A stretch of DNA of 64,000 bases from Fistulifera solaris. Its lineage: Eukaryota. The position numbers were made by a program, and so were the translations under genes. Under the pieces are notes generated by a model. The model had not been told where the DNA came from. It ran no database searches and was given only the letters and a program-made list of their open reading frames with translations. The stretch's first letter is position 1. Each line of letters starts with the position of its first letter. Where the stretch lies: assembly GCA_030295235.1 (NCBI GenBank), contig AP026172.1, forward strand, positions 248,001 through 312,000, in the 5' to 3' direction. Positions 44,081 through 55,634 of this stretch are shown here, piece after piece.

Positions 44081-46032
44081 TTAAATAGATATAAGGATAG
44101 AACGGAAAGCCCGTAAACGGGTCGAAACCAAATCCGAAAGCAATATCGGTTCAGAAGACTTCATCTTATTCACCTCTTCGCATGCCAGGCGCCATACTTC
44201 TTCTCGCAGAGCTAGTGTCTCTGCATTCAGCGATAGCAGGTGCTCGCGAAGAAGCGCAGCTGTACCGTTAGACAAGAGCTCGGCGAACAAAGCATTCCAG
44301 TAAGTTTTCTTCTCCTGAAGTAATTCGCTTGAGTAGACATCAATGATTCCACCAGACCAACAGTACACCATGATTGGAATCGAAGACTTGGTGAATTTAC
44401 GATCATCCGCAGAATAGTGCAGAACGCCAGCAGAAAAATAATCAACACGGTGGGGAGGATTGTCTGTATCAATATCGTTTGGATAAGTCATGGTATGAAT
44501 CACGTCAGACTGTTCTCCTTTGTCCGCGGATATGCACGGAATTAGGTACGACGTCCCACCTCGGAGACAGCAAACAACATTCGGTAAAACATCTTCGCCC
44601 GACGTCTGCAAAGAGCAACCAGCCCCAATGGCGGGAAAAGACAGCAAAAACTGATCGTGTGTCGCTCGGATACACCATTCAAATTCACCATCGACCATAT
44701 TCGTGGTGATAAACAACATGCTGCCCTCGGCTAGTATAGCGACACATGCCAACATCGAGTCGTCTTCTAGAGATAGCTCGATACGAACAAGACTGTCTGT
44801 GCCACCAATCGGGACCCAAGCTCGATTCTTAAAATGGAGATCCGTGGAAGGCTCCAGTAGGCTCGTCGTTGGATCGATCACTTCCATTCCTGGTCGTGCT
44901 AGCAATGAAAACTCGTCTAATTGGACTTGGGTAGCGTTTTCATCATGTTGTAGCAATTCCTGGTAACCATTGGCTATCGCCGTGACGTTCAGAACTTCAA
45001 CCATCCCTACTGTCGATATCATCTGCTCTTCCTGTATTGTTGCAATTAAGAATTCGTCCGAATCATTTGGAGTTTCATTTTCGGTAGAGGTTTTGGGAGG
45101 AAGATGCTGGAGTTGCATAACCGACCGAATTTCCGGGGCGCTTGCAAAAAACCCTCGCCATAGAAGCTTTTTCCGGTAGATAGTTTCAACTTTTTCTAGG
45201 GCCTTGGAAGCGGCGATAACTTTTCTTGCCGACTTGCGAGCCTCCAGCTTCCAAGACTCCAATCGACCGAAACGGTATCCAACAACGATTGCACCCATGC
45301 TCGTCGTTGTAACACATTGCAAGCCAGCTTTTCCGGTTGAAAAGAGGCTGCAACAGAACCCATGAGTGGGTTGTAGTCGTCGCTTAGGTTGAAAATATGG
45401 GCGAAGCCGGCGACCGAAACAGCCACCAAGACGTCGTTGCCATTGCCAAGTACCGCCGGAGAACCAATACAGATCTGTGCAATTGCTGCTCCATCTCCGA
45501 GCGTAGAAGCTGATTCTGCCTCTCCCTTTTCATCTTGATGCGTATTAAGTACTAGATCGGGTGTATGGCTCGTGTGAATTTCGAATGCAGAAACGTCAGC
45601 CTCTCTCGCAACATCGTGAAGACCCGATCCTTTGACACGATCTTCTCCTTCGCCGTCCTCATTTATCTGATCATCTACATCAGCTACGTTGCTTCTGAGA
45701 GCTTTTGTCAGATCCCATAAGAGAATGTGGCCTGACAACGTAGGTGCTATTATGTATTTCTCTTTCCAGATGATCGGAGGCGCTGACCATACATATGTTG
45801 AAGGATTTCGAGCGACCAAGGTAACTAAATGTTGGGGAGTTCTCGGAATCTGTTCACACTGCTTCCAACCGTCGGATAGTTTAAAAACCGCCGGTGAGCT
45901 GTCAATGGCGTCGAAGTGTTGTGTTGATGATTCGTCGCCGTCGCCGCTCCCAGGACGGAGGATGGGACGAGACCTTCGACGTCTCGTGTTGCGATGATTT
46001 CTGTTGGCGTTATCGGGTTGTCCTTCGCACAT
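44081..46032 (-). CDS. Hypothetical protein, possibly a divergent beta-propeller
   Basis: Two long ORFs joined by a frameshift at the run 45340-45343. WD-like SGHILLWD and GRLESWK segments. Confidence 0.6.
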
Positions 46033-46776
46033 TTTTCAAGTACTTGCAAAAACTAGAAGCCTGCTTCTCTTGTCGTGGGTAATAAAGAAGCAAGGAAAAA
46101 GATACTCCGGGGTATCATCGAATGAATTTTGCTTGGTGTCGCTGTGGCGTTTATACGAAAGGTCGTGTTGTCTTGCCTCACGATTTTTTATTGATTTATT
46201 CGACTTAACAATCTACTACACTAAGGTTAGCGTTTTCGGTGTTTTTCGCGGACTGATGGTGAAACGTGAAACCGTGAACATTATCGAAAAAATATCAACC
46301 AAGAAGTCGCTGTTCATTCACGTTTTGGAAAGTTAACACTTCTGTTTCCATTTTCTTAAGCCCCGAACCGAATGGCGAAACACTGTTTCAGATCTACAAT
46401 AATCTCGATAGCAACTAAAGATGCCTGTGACTTGTGACTTTGATTTCAAATACACTTTCCGCTATAGATCTGCCTATTGGACGGTCAAAATTCTACTTCC
46501 GGGACTCACAATCTATTTGTACTCATTTTCCATACAATGGTCAATCAACATGGCAATACTTTGTAGTGTAGCAAGCCAATTTCGCCTTTCTCCCTGTCTG
46601 CTCGTGAATGAATCACACTGGCTTCTACTGTATTATAACCGGGGTTCCCGATCGCGGACAGCAAGCATGCAGGCTTCACGCCTCGTCTGATTTTCCCATC
46701 GGGGCAAATTCACCCCAACAAGCAATAAAACGAGACTTCCCATTTCTTTTCATGCCCCAATAAACAAGCAATTAAA

Positions 46777-48315
46777 ATGCAAAGTCCTGTCAAATCAGTC
46801 ATCAAAATGCGCGGGCTTCCTAGCTTGCATCTTCCGCTATCGCCAAACTCGCCACAGCGTACGATTTCAGCGCGACGTGCTTTGTCCTCCGTTCGAGCGC
46901 CCCCGTTCCCTCGCGAGAGTTCGTGGGCTCTGAAAACAGGCGCCGCCGCTGCTGGTGCCTGCTGCATTTACGCCATCGATCAATCCCACTCACAAGAACA
47001 AGTGAACATCACCCGTACCGAAGGATCCTTCCTGCAACAGCCCAGTTTCTCTCTCGTTCAGGACCTCGCGCAAGAAGCCAAGAAAAGTTTGATCCAGCGA
47101 TGCATGACCAAATCATGCGTTCCCGCCAGCAATCATCATCTTTCTTACAAAGGAATCAACTTCCGCAGCATTTCTCCCCAAAGAGCACACCGAATCATTG
47201 CGGCGCTTCATTCTGGGAAAATACTCGATGGAGCAACGTTGATGTCTTTATCCAATGCTGCGGTAGAAGCATTCAAGTCTGAACCGACGGTTCTCGATCT
47301 ACGAAAAGCCGGTGATAACATAACTGTCGTAGGCGATGTACATGGGAGTCTCCCTTGTTTGAAAAAGGTCATGGATTTGGTCGGAAGTCTGGAAGATGGC
47401 GGGATTTTGGTCGTGGCGGGAGATTATGTGGATCGAGGCGAACACAGCCTGGAAGTCTTCTGCACCTTTCTTCTACTGAAACTCGCGTACCCCAACAGTG
47501 TCTACTTACTGCGCGGCAACCATGAAGACAACGAAATCTGCGCAGAGTATGGTTTTCTGGACGAACTGCAAGAAAAGTACGGCTACGAAACGGAAGGTGG
47601 TGGCATTTGGGAGGCCCTTTCGGATGTCTTTGCTTCGCTACCACTCGCCGCCAAGACAGAAACTTCACTGATCTTACACGGTGGACTACCTTCTGCCGAC
47701 TTTCAGCTTGCGGATCTAGAAGCCATCGATGCCGAAACACGCTTTTCCTTCAAGACACTTACCGATGCCAGAACACCGGCGGAGAAGCTCATCGAAGGCG
47801 TTCTATGGAGCGATCCATCATCTCATGACGGAATTTCACCCAATGAGCGCGGTTACGGCATTGAATTTGGCTCGGATATAGCGAAAGATTTCCTCGATCG
47901 TCACGGATTGAAATACTTGATTCGGGCGCATGAACATGTGGAACAAGGATCGCAATTGCTCGACTGCGGCGAAGGCAAAGGAGTTGTGACGGTTTTTTCG
48001 ACGGCAAACTATCCGTTTGGCGAAGGAACCAACGCAGGGGCTATCCTCAAGCTCGACCAGAAGGGTGACTACGAGTCGATATCTTTCTCCTACTCCGACG
48101 CGAGTATATTGGATGCTTTCCGATATCTCGACACCGATAGCAACGGAATGGTGGCCAGATCTGAATTTCTTGCCGGCATCGAAAAGTTGAATCAAACATT
48201 GCCGGAAGAGAAACGTCTCAAGAACGCCGAAGAAGTTTACAATATTTTGGATCAACGAAAACAAGGTCAAGTTGACCTTGATACCTTTACTCAGTTCTTT
48301 CAGCGAAGCATCTGA
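46777..48315 (+). CDS. PPP-family Ser/Thr phosphatase with two C-terminal EF-hands (PPEF/RdgC-like)
   Basis: GDVHG, GDYVDRG, LRGNHE, HGG, WSDP, IRAHE and TVFSTANY motifs. EF loops DTDSNGMVARSE and DQRKQGQVDLDT. Confidence 0.92.
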   Translation: MQSPVKSVIKMRGLPSLHLPLSPNSPQRTISARRALSSVRAPPFPRESSWALKTGAAAAGACCIYAIDQSHSQEQVNITRTEGSFLQQPSFSLVQDLAQEAKKSLIQRCMTKSCVPASNHHLSYKGINFRSISPQRAHRIIAALHSGKILDGATLMSLSNAAVEAFKSEPTVLDLRKAGDNITVVGDVHGSLPCLKKVMDLVGSLEDGGILVVAGDYVDRGEHSLEVFCTFLLLKLAYPNSVYLLRGNHEDNEICAEYGFLDELQEKYGYETEGGGIWEALSDVFASLPLAAKTETSLILHGGLPSADFQLADLEAIDAETRFSFKTLTDARTPAEKLIEGVLWSDPSSHDGISPNERGYGIEFGSDIAKDFLDRHGLKYLIRAHEHVEQGSQLLDCGEGKGVVTVFSTANYPFGEGTNAGAILKLDQKGDYESISFSYSDASILDAFRYLDTDSNGMVARSEFLAGIEKLNQTLPEEKRLKNAEEVYNILDQRKQGQVDLDTFTQFFQRSI

Positions 48316-48398
48316 AACGAAAATTATTCTAATTCCTTTATAACTTTCATTGTATAATAGATAGACACAATTTGTAAAACACTCTCGTGTCTACTTAG

Positions 48399-51300
48399 TT
48401 AAGATCCACTCATATAGTTTTCGACAAGCGACGACGTGCCGAACTCCCTAACTTCATTTGGGGACAATAGCATTACCTCGACGAACAAAGGCTGCAGATA
48501 ATTCCATGCTTTGTCAAATCCCATAGTTGTTACAAAGGCGCCGATCAAAGCATGGAAAGAGAAAGTGAGTACGGACGTATCTTTAGGTCCAACCTTTTTC
48601 GTCTTTCCACAAAGGCGACCACCTCTCAAGGCAGTGTAAGCAGGATCCCTGTTGCTACAAGACCGTTTCCGAAATTCTTCCGTCCCGCCAGGGACTAACC
48701 AACCTCCGTGAAGATCCCAGGATTCTTTACCTAGTATTTCTGCCCTTCTCGAGTGCCCGATAAAGTTGTCAGCAACCCCATCGTCAAAAAGTGCGTTGTG
48801 GAGACCGTTTTTCGTGAAAATATACGCCAGAGTATCTTCAGAAACAACTATTGAAAAGAGCAGCATGAGGTCACCTGCAGTAATGTGCGGATACCTCTCA
48901 TATAAGTAACTTGTTACACCGAGCTGTAGCGCTCTGCATCCGATGACGTTTAGCATCTTTAGCAACGACCAGGTGTTCTTAAGTTCCGCAAAGCCTGACA
49001 GATCAGGGCAGCATAAATTCTCATTGTAGATTGCAAAGTAATTGATTTCCGCGTTGTATAGAGAGCACAATATCAATGAATACAAAGAACAATCCTCCTG
49101 AGCCTTCGATGTGAGCTGAGTTCCTAGCACCTTGTCAACTACTTCTAGTCCTTTCTTTAGCTTGTTGGACGCAGCAGATGGTATATTAGAGAAGTACTCT
49201 TTCACGACATTGCTGCGCATCTTGCCCAACGGCGAGGACTCGAACAGTTCCTTTCCAGAAAAGGATATCGTTTCCGCTGACCCTTCCATCGGTAGCTTCG
49301 CTTTTTCTAGTAGAGCTTTGAGTAGTCTTAATTCCTCGTCGCATCTTTGGCTTGCAAGGAATGTAGCCGCAACGCAGGCTTCAAATACATCCGAGAGAAA
49401 ACAATCAGGGAATTCAAGCGTTTCCCCTTTTTGCGAATGATTGTATGAGTACGCACTCGACCAAGAACAGCGCTTTGACAGTATAAGGCGAGGCAGTCCG
49501 ATTTCCAAAGCCCCGCCCGCGATTGAGCGATTTTTGGCTGAAGTCGAGAGCGAGTCAAAGGGGGTAGAATAAGTCTCGCTCAAACAAAAATGCGACTCGG
49601 TCAACGCAAGCGCGACAAAGAACGCTAAGACACGGTCACCGAAGAACTCTAGGCGTTCGAAAGGTGTTGCTGCTTTTACAGTGCATCGAGTCGTCGCAAC
49701 AAATATTAGATCAGTAAAACGTCGAGAAAACGCCTCCACTTCTCGAATACTGTCAAGACAAGTTGCTGCAGATGAATCACGCAAGCAAGAATGTATTGCC
49801 GACGTAGCAAGACGACGTACATCAATCTTCCTTTCCAAAAATGGCATGAAAGAATCCGCTTGGTCCAGAATATAGACAAAGTCACGGGGAAGTGGAAGTA
49901 GGGAACACAATTCAGGAACAAGATACACCGGCTCAGGAGGCGGTGATTCCATAGGATTGGCATCAGCATGTTTGTTTATTCTCGATGCCCTGATCATAGG
50001 TACATGTCCGTACTGAATCCTTACATCATACCTGCAAACAAGATAGAGCATTGAGCTGACCCAAAGCTGCCAATAAGGAGCGAGAATCGATACTACGTAC
50101 TTTTTCAAGTAATAATCGGAAAACGTTGCGGTATCAAGATCAAGGCCGAAGCGCGTTTTGAGTTGCTCCTTTTAGCCCTCTTCACACGGAATCCAATTAG
50201 TTTCGAGTTCGATGAAACGTTATGGCTACTGGCAATAGCATGTGGCGCATATAGGTCACCGCAGTGCCGGAGAAAGCGGTTGCATATTACACTTTCGCAA
50301 AAATTTGATCTTGGTTCCTTGCGTACACTCAACAACCCCCACATTAAAATGACAAATGCAAGTGCCTTTGACGACCAGGTATCTTGTCCGGCAAATACAC
50401 ACCAACCAAAAAAAGAAAACGGTAATGATGGGGAAACGCTTATCCAACTTGCCCAGGTATGGAACAATCCAGTCTCCAAAATTCGCATCGTAAAGGGGAC
50501 GGGCTCGTCGGAAGCGGACTGTTTCATTGATACAGTGCCAGTCGATGCAGATTGCGGACGATTTGGAATCAAGAGGAACAAACATATACGTCCGATCACG
50601 TAAGTAACATTCATTCCCAGCGTACTGAGATTTACGTGACGCACACATCGCAGAGTCGTACTGCTTTCCAAACCCATATTGCTTCCATTTTGCCAGGAGC
50701 TCATTGAATGCAACAAGCTCCTGTAAAGAATTGGAAACATTTTGACCTTCATCGTTATCAAATCGGAGGACAGTTCGGTCCACAAGCTCGACTTGACACG
50801 AGGCTAACTTTCCATCCTCTACCAGGGCCTGAAATTGGATCGTGTCGGAATATGAAGCGCACGCATCGCTATGACTCAGTGGATCCTTCGGCAGTAAAAC
50901 ACCAATCCGTGTGCACGCTTTCCTGCTCTGTATCCACGGGATCTTCTCTTCCGCAACAAGTTTTCCCGACTTCGTTTTTAATACAAGTTCGTACAAAAAA
51001 TAGGTTTCATTTCGTTCAAATGGAGAAGACGCCCACGACGGGAGCTTGTTGTTGTAATGTGTAGATTGTGGTAAGGCCTGGAGGATGCTTTTTCGATTGC
51101 TGTTGGCGTTATGAGGGGAAAGCCTTTTTATAAAAGAAACGTCGAGATGTTTGTGCAATTCCTGAACTGCAGACTGCAACGCAACAGATTTCGAAGTACA
51201 TGAAGTTCCAGTGACAGACAGTCGAACCGGATCTCGTACAAATATTTTGCAATACAAACGTGTCGGCTTTGTTAAATTCCAATCGTCGCATTCATCGAGA

Positions 51301-52052
51301 TCGCTTTCTTGGTGAAACGAAATTTCCGGTTTCCGGATGCCCAAATCGTGAATCGTACGTACCCAGTCCGGAAACTGGTCATAGCCATTTTCTAAACACT
51401 CTTCTTCTTGTGCGTCATGCAACGGAATCGGCTGTTCGGTAACAAAGAGTGGAACAGCTCCATCATGCCAGCCCAATCGACTAGGATCCAGCCGTAAAAT
51501 AGCCACAAGGGCGCAACTTGCCTTGGCAGCCTGCTTCTTATCCCAGTATACACATCCATCGATTGTTATGTAATCCGCCGAAAAGAAATTGCGCGTAGCT
51601 TTCGCCAAAAACGTCGTCGAATCCGGACTTTGCAAGAGTGCTTGCGGAAGACCCGAACTCACTTTTATACCCGAAAGTGGACATTCGAAGTAAAATCGCC
51701 ACCAAATTTTACTTTCCGACAAAGACTCGCATCGAATGTTGTCTCGAACATTCAGTTTCTTTTCTTGTAGTCGCGTTCGTTGCGCCTTGTCGTCGTAGTA
51801 TTGCATCAAAAGTGATATGGGATTTCGCGACGGTTCCTTCTGCAGCCAGTCGTATAGTTGAAAGACGGCTTCCGTGCTCTTTTCGATTGTTATGGGGCAT
51901 TCGGTAGCAAGCGATTCGAGAGAATTGTCGTCTTCATCGACATTTCGGCTTTTATTTAAACCCTCACCCCTTCCGTTCGCAAACGAAAACGAAAACGGCA
52001 ACTTTGATTCACACCACTTTCTCTGCAAGGAAGACTGTTTGAAACCATTCAT
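48399..52052 (-). CDS. DCR: Dicer-like protein (2 dsRBD - platform - PAZ - RNase IIIa - degenerate RNase IIIb; no helicase)
   Basis: dsRBD-like NPISLLMQY...KKQAAKASCA and TSKSVALQSA. Platform YMFVPL...IDW. PAZ TFSDYYLKK|YDVRI...PMI and YLVPELC. RNase III ERLEFFGD and SDVFEA. Intron 50032-50100; frameshifts near 50410 and 50172. Confidence 0.85.
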
Positions 52053-53054
52053 TTGTTATAATTATACCAAGTATGGTGCAGGTACAAGGCATCTCACATG
52101 AAATGGCCGATCTGTCGTTTCCCTCGTTGGGTCGCGTCGAAGATTTTTGGATTTCCTTCATGACTGAAATAATGTAGTCGTGGTTTTGTTCAATCAACTC
52201 TGTGGTCTACCGTAGAAATGCGAAATGATGTGATGCGCATAATTTACTATGACGAAAGAATACGAATTACGCATTTGAAATTCTGATTTAGACTAGTTGA
52301 TTTCTCATTGAAGATAATACAAAGCTCTCGCCAAAAGGAGGAATGCGTTCACACGAACTCATGTTTCGGTTCTGGAAAAATGGTTCATGATTGGAATGGA
52401 GGAGGTGGAGTCATGATGAAAAGGTCGCCTACACGTTGGGTCTATAGTATTTACAGAAATCTACGATCTGCAAACTACTTCATAGGATCTTAAAGTGCAT
52501 CTGCAGTCTGTAGTGAAGAAATCGCATTGCATCGTAATTCGCAATGATAAGGAGGTTGTGGGTTGTGGCGTAGCCCTCTGGCCAGGAGCCATGATGGGTG
52601 ATTGTGCACTGTACTTTTCGATCATTATTTGCAATGGAAATAGACGACAAATAATGAGAAAGAAGAAAGAGATACATACCAGGTACCAGAGGTCTAGAGC
52701 AAGAACACGTTGTCAAAATATCCTTGACCATTGTAAGCAAGAAGCAAGACGCCAGGCAAGGTCACCAGACTTTGGTCTATGGAATGCAATCGGCGTACGG
52801 AGTTCAAAGAGGAAAGACATAGAACACAGAAACAGAAGAATGCCAGATGAACTCGTGACTGTTATGTATTAGTTTTTATATAAGCCTTTTCTCGCCGGAA
52901 TCCTGGGCGTCCGAAACAAAGAGTGTTTCTCGCGCTCCGCACAACAATCCACATTATTTCGCAAGCAATCTTCGTCCCGTTTGCCGTCGATAGAACACTT
53001 CACAAAAGCAATGGATCGTTTTGAGCCTGTAAACGACACTTTCTCTATCGCATC

Positions 53055-53834
53055 ATGAATGTTCTTTTGATAGTCTGGAGTTCTGTCACGATCCTAACAG
53101 CTACTGCACATGCGGAGTTGAGCCTGCCGAACAGCAGTCTTCTCAGTGGTCCTAGTTTGACTTCCGAACGTTGGCTTCAAGGTTGTAGCTGGCTCGGACG
53201 AAATGATGACAAAGAGGACGATGTGCCGCGATGCTCCAGTCCGGCCCCTTGCAATGCGCAGCATGCGTTCATTGCATCCGTTCTAACGTATAATGATCAG
53301 CCCTGCGAATGCAACCTGTGCGGCGATGTCGTGACGCTTCAGTGTAGTTACTGCACTGCGTGCGGCGCCTTTCCTGGTAAAGATTCCTGCATTGAAGCTC
53401 AAACGTCATTCGAGCTCACTGATTTGAAGAATGGTAACTACACGTTCATGAGCGTTGCAGTAAGCGTCAAGTCTAGTGGTAAGGACAGTGCCTCCAATCA
53501 TGTCGTGGCGGAAATGACCTTTGCGGAGAAAACTTTCAACTGGACGCTTTTCAATGAAAATACCACGTTGTTGGGTAGTGATGACGACGTGAACCTTTCA
53601 GTGAATGGTGTTAGTTGCCAGAGCATCTCGCTTGAACACGATGAGTGTGCCGTCTTTGATTGTCGAAACATCGACCCTGACTACTACTGGACTTGCAACG
53701 ATGGCGATGAACTCATCAACGACACGTCCAATCCTTTGCATGGGTTCATCACAGCTACCCTGTATTGTCCCGAGGATGACAATCGCTTGGAACAGACATT
53801 GAACGAAATCCGTTTGCCACCGCCCTTCCTCTAG
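53055..53834 (+). CDS. Secreted Cys-rich hypothetical protein
   Basis: Signal peptide ending AHA, RWLQ motif, many Cys; SVNGVSCQS and FDCRNI motifs. Confidence 0.7.
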   Translation: MNVLLIVWSSVTILTATAHAELSLPNSSLLSGPSLTSERWLQGCSWLGRNDDKEDDVPRCSSPAPCNAQHAFIASVLTYNDQPCECNLCGDVVTLQCSYCTACGAFPGKDSCIEAQTSFELTDLKNGNYTFMSVAVSVKSSGKDSASNHVVAEMTFAEKTFNWTLFNENTTLLGSDDDVNLSVNGVSCQSISLEHDECAVFDCRNIDPDYYWTCNDGDELINDTSNPLHGFITATLYCPEDDNRLEQTLNEIRLPPPFL

Positions 53835-53842
53835 TTGTACCC

Positions 53843-54039
53843 CAACATTATTCATATTTCCATTATCCTCCCGTTATCGTTCTCATTCTAATAGATAGCC
53901 ATTTATTGTACTTAAGATTGCTTCCGTAGTTTTATTTGCAACAATTATTCATATTTCCATTATTCTCACGTAGTCGTTCTCCTTTTAATAGATAGGCATT
54001 TATTGTATTTAAGATTGCTTTCGTAGGTTAATTTGCAAC
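53843..54039. repeat. Tandem duplication, 2 x ~98 bp AT-rich
   Basis: ATTATTCATATTTCC...TAATAGATAG.CATTT..TTGTA.TTAAGATTGCTT.CGTAG...ATTTGCAAC occurs twice, directly after the stop codon at 53834. Confidence 0.85.
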
Positions 54040-54326
54040 AAAAACTGTGATGAAGAGTGAGCAAAGGAAGGATTGTTATTGTGTGCGACCGATAGCATTA
54101 GTATTCGTGACTTAAGTCATGTTGCAGTCCTGAGTACTTTCCCGAAAAGAAACGGTCCAAAAAGGTTCGTCATTGACGATGGCCGTGACGCTCTATAAAG
54201 AACGATTTCTTATTATCTCGCAAGTCGTGTTTTTTTTATAAAATGTTCTCAAGAGCCTACAACAATCATCAATAGACACGAGAAAGGTGAATGAATGCTT
54301 CAAACTAATACAACAAAGCTGTGAGC

Positions 54327-55294
54327 ATGAAGAAGACTGGCGAACAGAACTCCGATGGTTTTTCCAAACGACCATCCTTGTCATTTCCACCACGAATGGT
54401 GGAAATCGTTGCGCCTGCACCATGGTGGAAGGTAAGTTTTGCAATTTCGTAGCCTTCGTTAATTAAAACTGTCTCACCCTGTCGATGCTGCGTTCTTGCA
54501 GGCTTTACCTTTATGGCGACCCATGACGGCGAATCGTTGCCCATCACAGTCGTACGTACCTCTTGTGAAAAATACTGTTGTTTCATTGAGCACACTCGGC
54601 GTCATCCTAATACACATCATTCGTTTTTTTCTTTCTTATCGTTTCACAGCCCCGCGGCGGCGTCCAGCAAGGCCAGGTATTCTCCGTACCTTATCCAGGG
54701 CAACGTGAAGTCGCTACCGAAATTACACCCTTCTTTCTGCATCACACCGATGAAGGATACTGGAAGGATGACTGGTGGCAGTGTTGCCGATACGGATCGT
54801 GTCACGTGAGTCTATGGAATGCCATGTGCTGTCCACAATTACTGGCGGCGCAAATATTGACGCGATTGCAACTCAATATGTGGGGAAATTCCGATCATCG
54901 CCATCACGGCAAACGAACCTTTCGGACCATGTTTATTCTCGTCGTTGTGTACTGGTGCTGGATTTTGGCTTTGACGTTTCCGTTGTCGTACAATATACAA
55001 ACCGATCCTGTGGTACTTTCGCCTTTCACGTCCTTTCTTTACAACTTTGTTTCGTGGGGATTTGGTTTTTACACGTGGTTCCTTTTGACGAAACTACGAG
55101 CCGCCGTACGCGCTCGTTTCAAAATTCCATCGTCCTGGTGGGGAGAAGATACTTGCATGATATTGTGGTGTAGCTGTTGTTCTGTTTCTCAAATGGCGCG
55201 ACAAACTGCCAATTACGAACAGCATTCGGCGATTTGTTGCTCCACGACGGGCATTGGAGCCCCGTTGCCGTACGAGTCCATTCTTACCGTATAA
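54327..55294 (+). CDS. PLAC8-family Cys-rich membrane protein
   Basis: GYWKDDWWQCC...NAMCCP; LRAAVRARFKIP...EDTCMILWCSCCSVSQMARQT. Upstream exons have GT-AG introns (first 54432-54500). Confidence 0.85.
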
Positions 55295-55634
55295 ATAATC
55301 TACTGATGAGGCTGGGGGGACAACAGCAATAAGCAGAGCAAGCAATTAGATAGAATTAGAGACACAAGAAGCCATACAACTACACAACTTGATAAACTAT
55401 GTACTCTATCGTGTGCGATGACTTGCACTATTGCATTCTAGAAGAACGCGGTAATGGTTCGGACGAAAATGGATTCATGAAGGGTCGCTCACTATCTACC
55501 AGTGTGCTGTTATTACCTGTAGAGAAAACTAAGTTTTCATAAGATAGTTTGGTACCGGTACGCCAAAACCGCCAGAAGCGTGCAGACTTTTTTTGACCTC
55601 GTGCCCTATATTTTTATTCTTTCAGAACACCACC

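Noticed and set aside
48315..48399. Very short convergent gene spacing (also 6283-6329, 10826-10910, 19480-19558) as an antisense system
   Set aside because: This spacing is normal for compact diatom genomes and there is no specific evidence of regulation.
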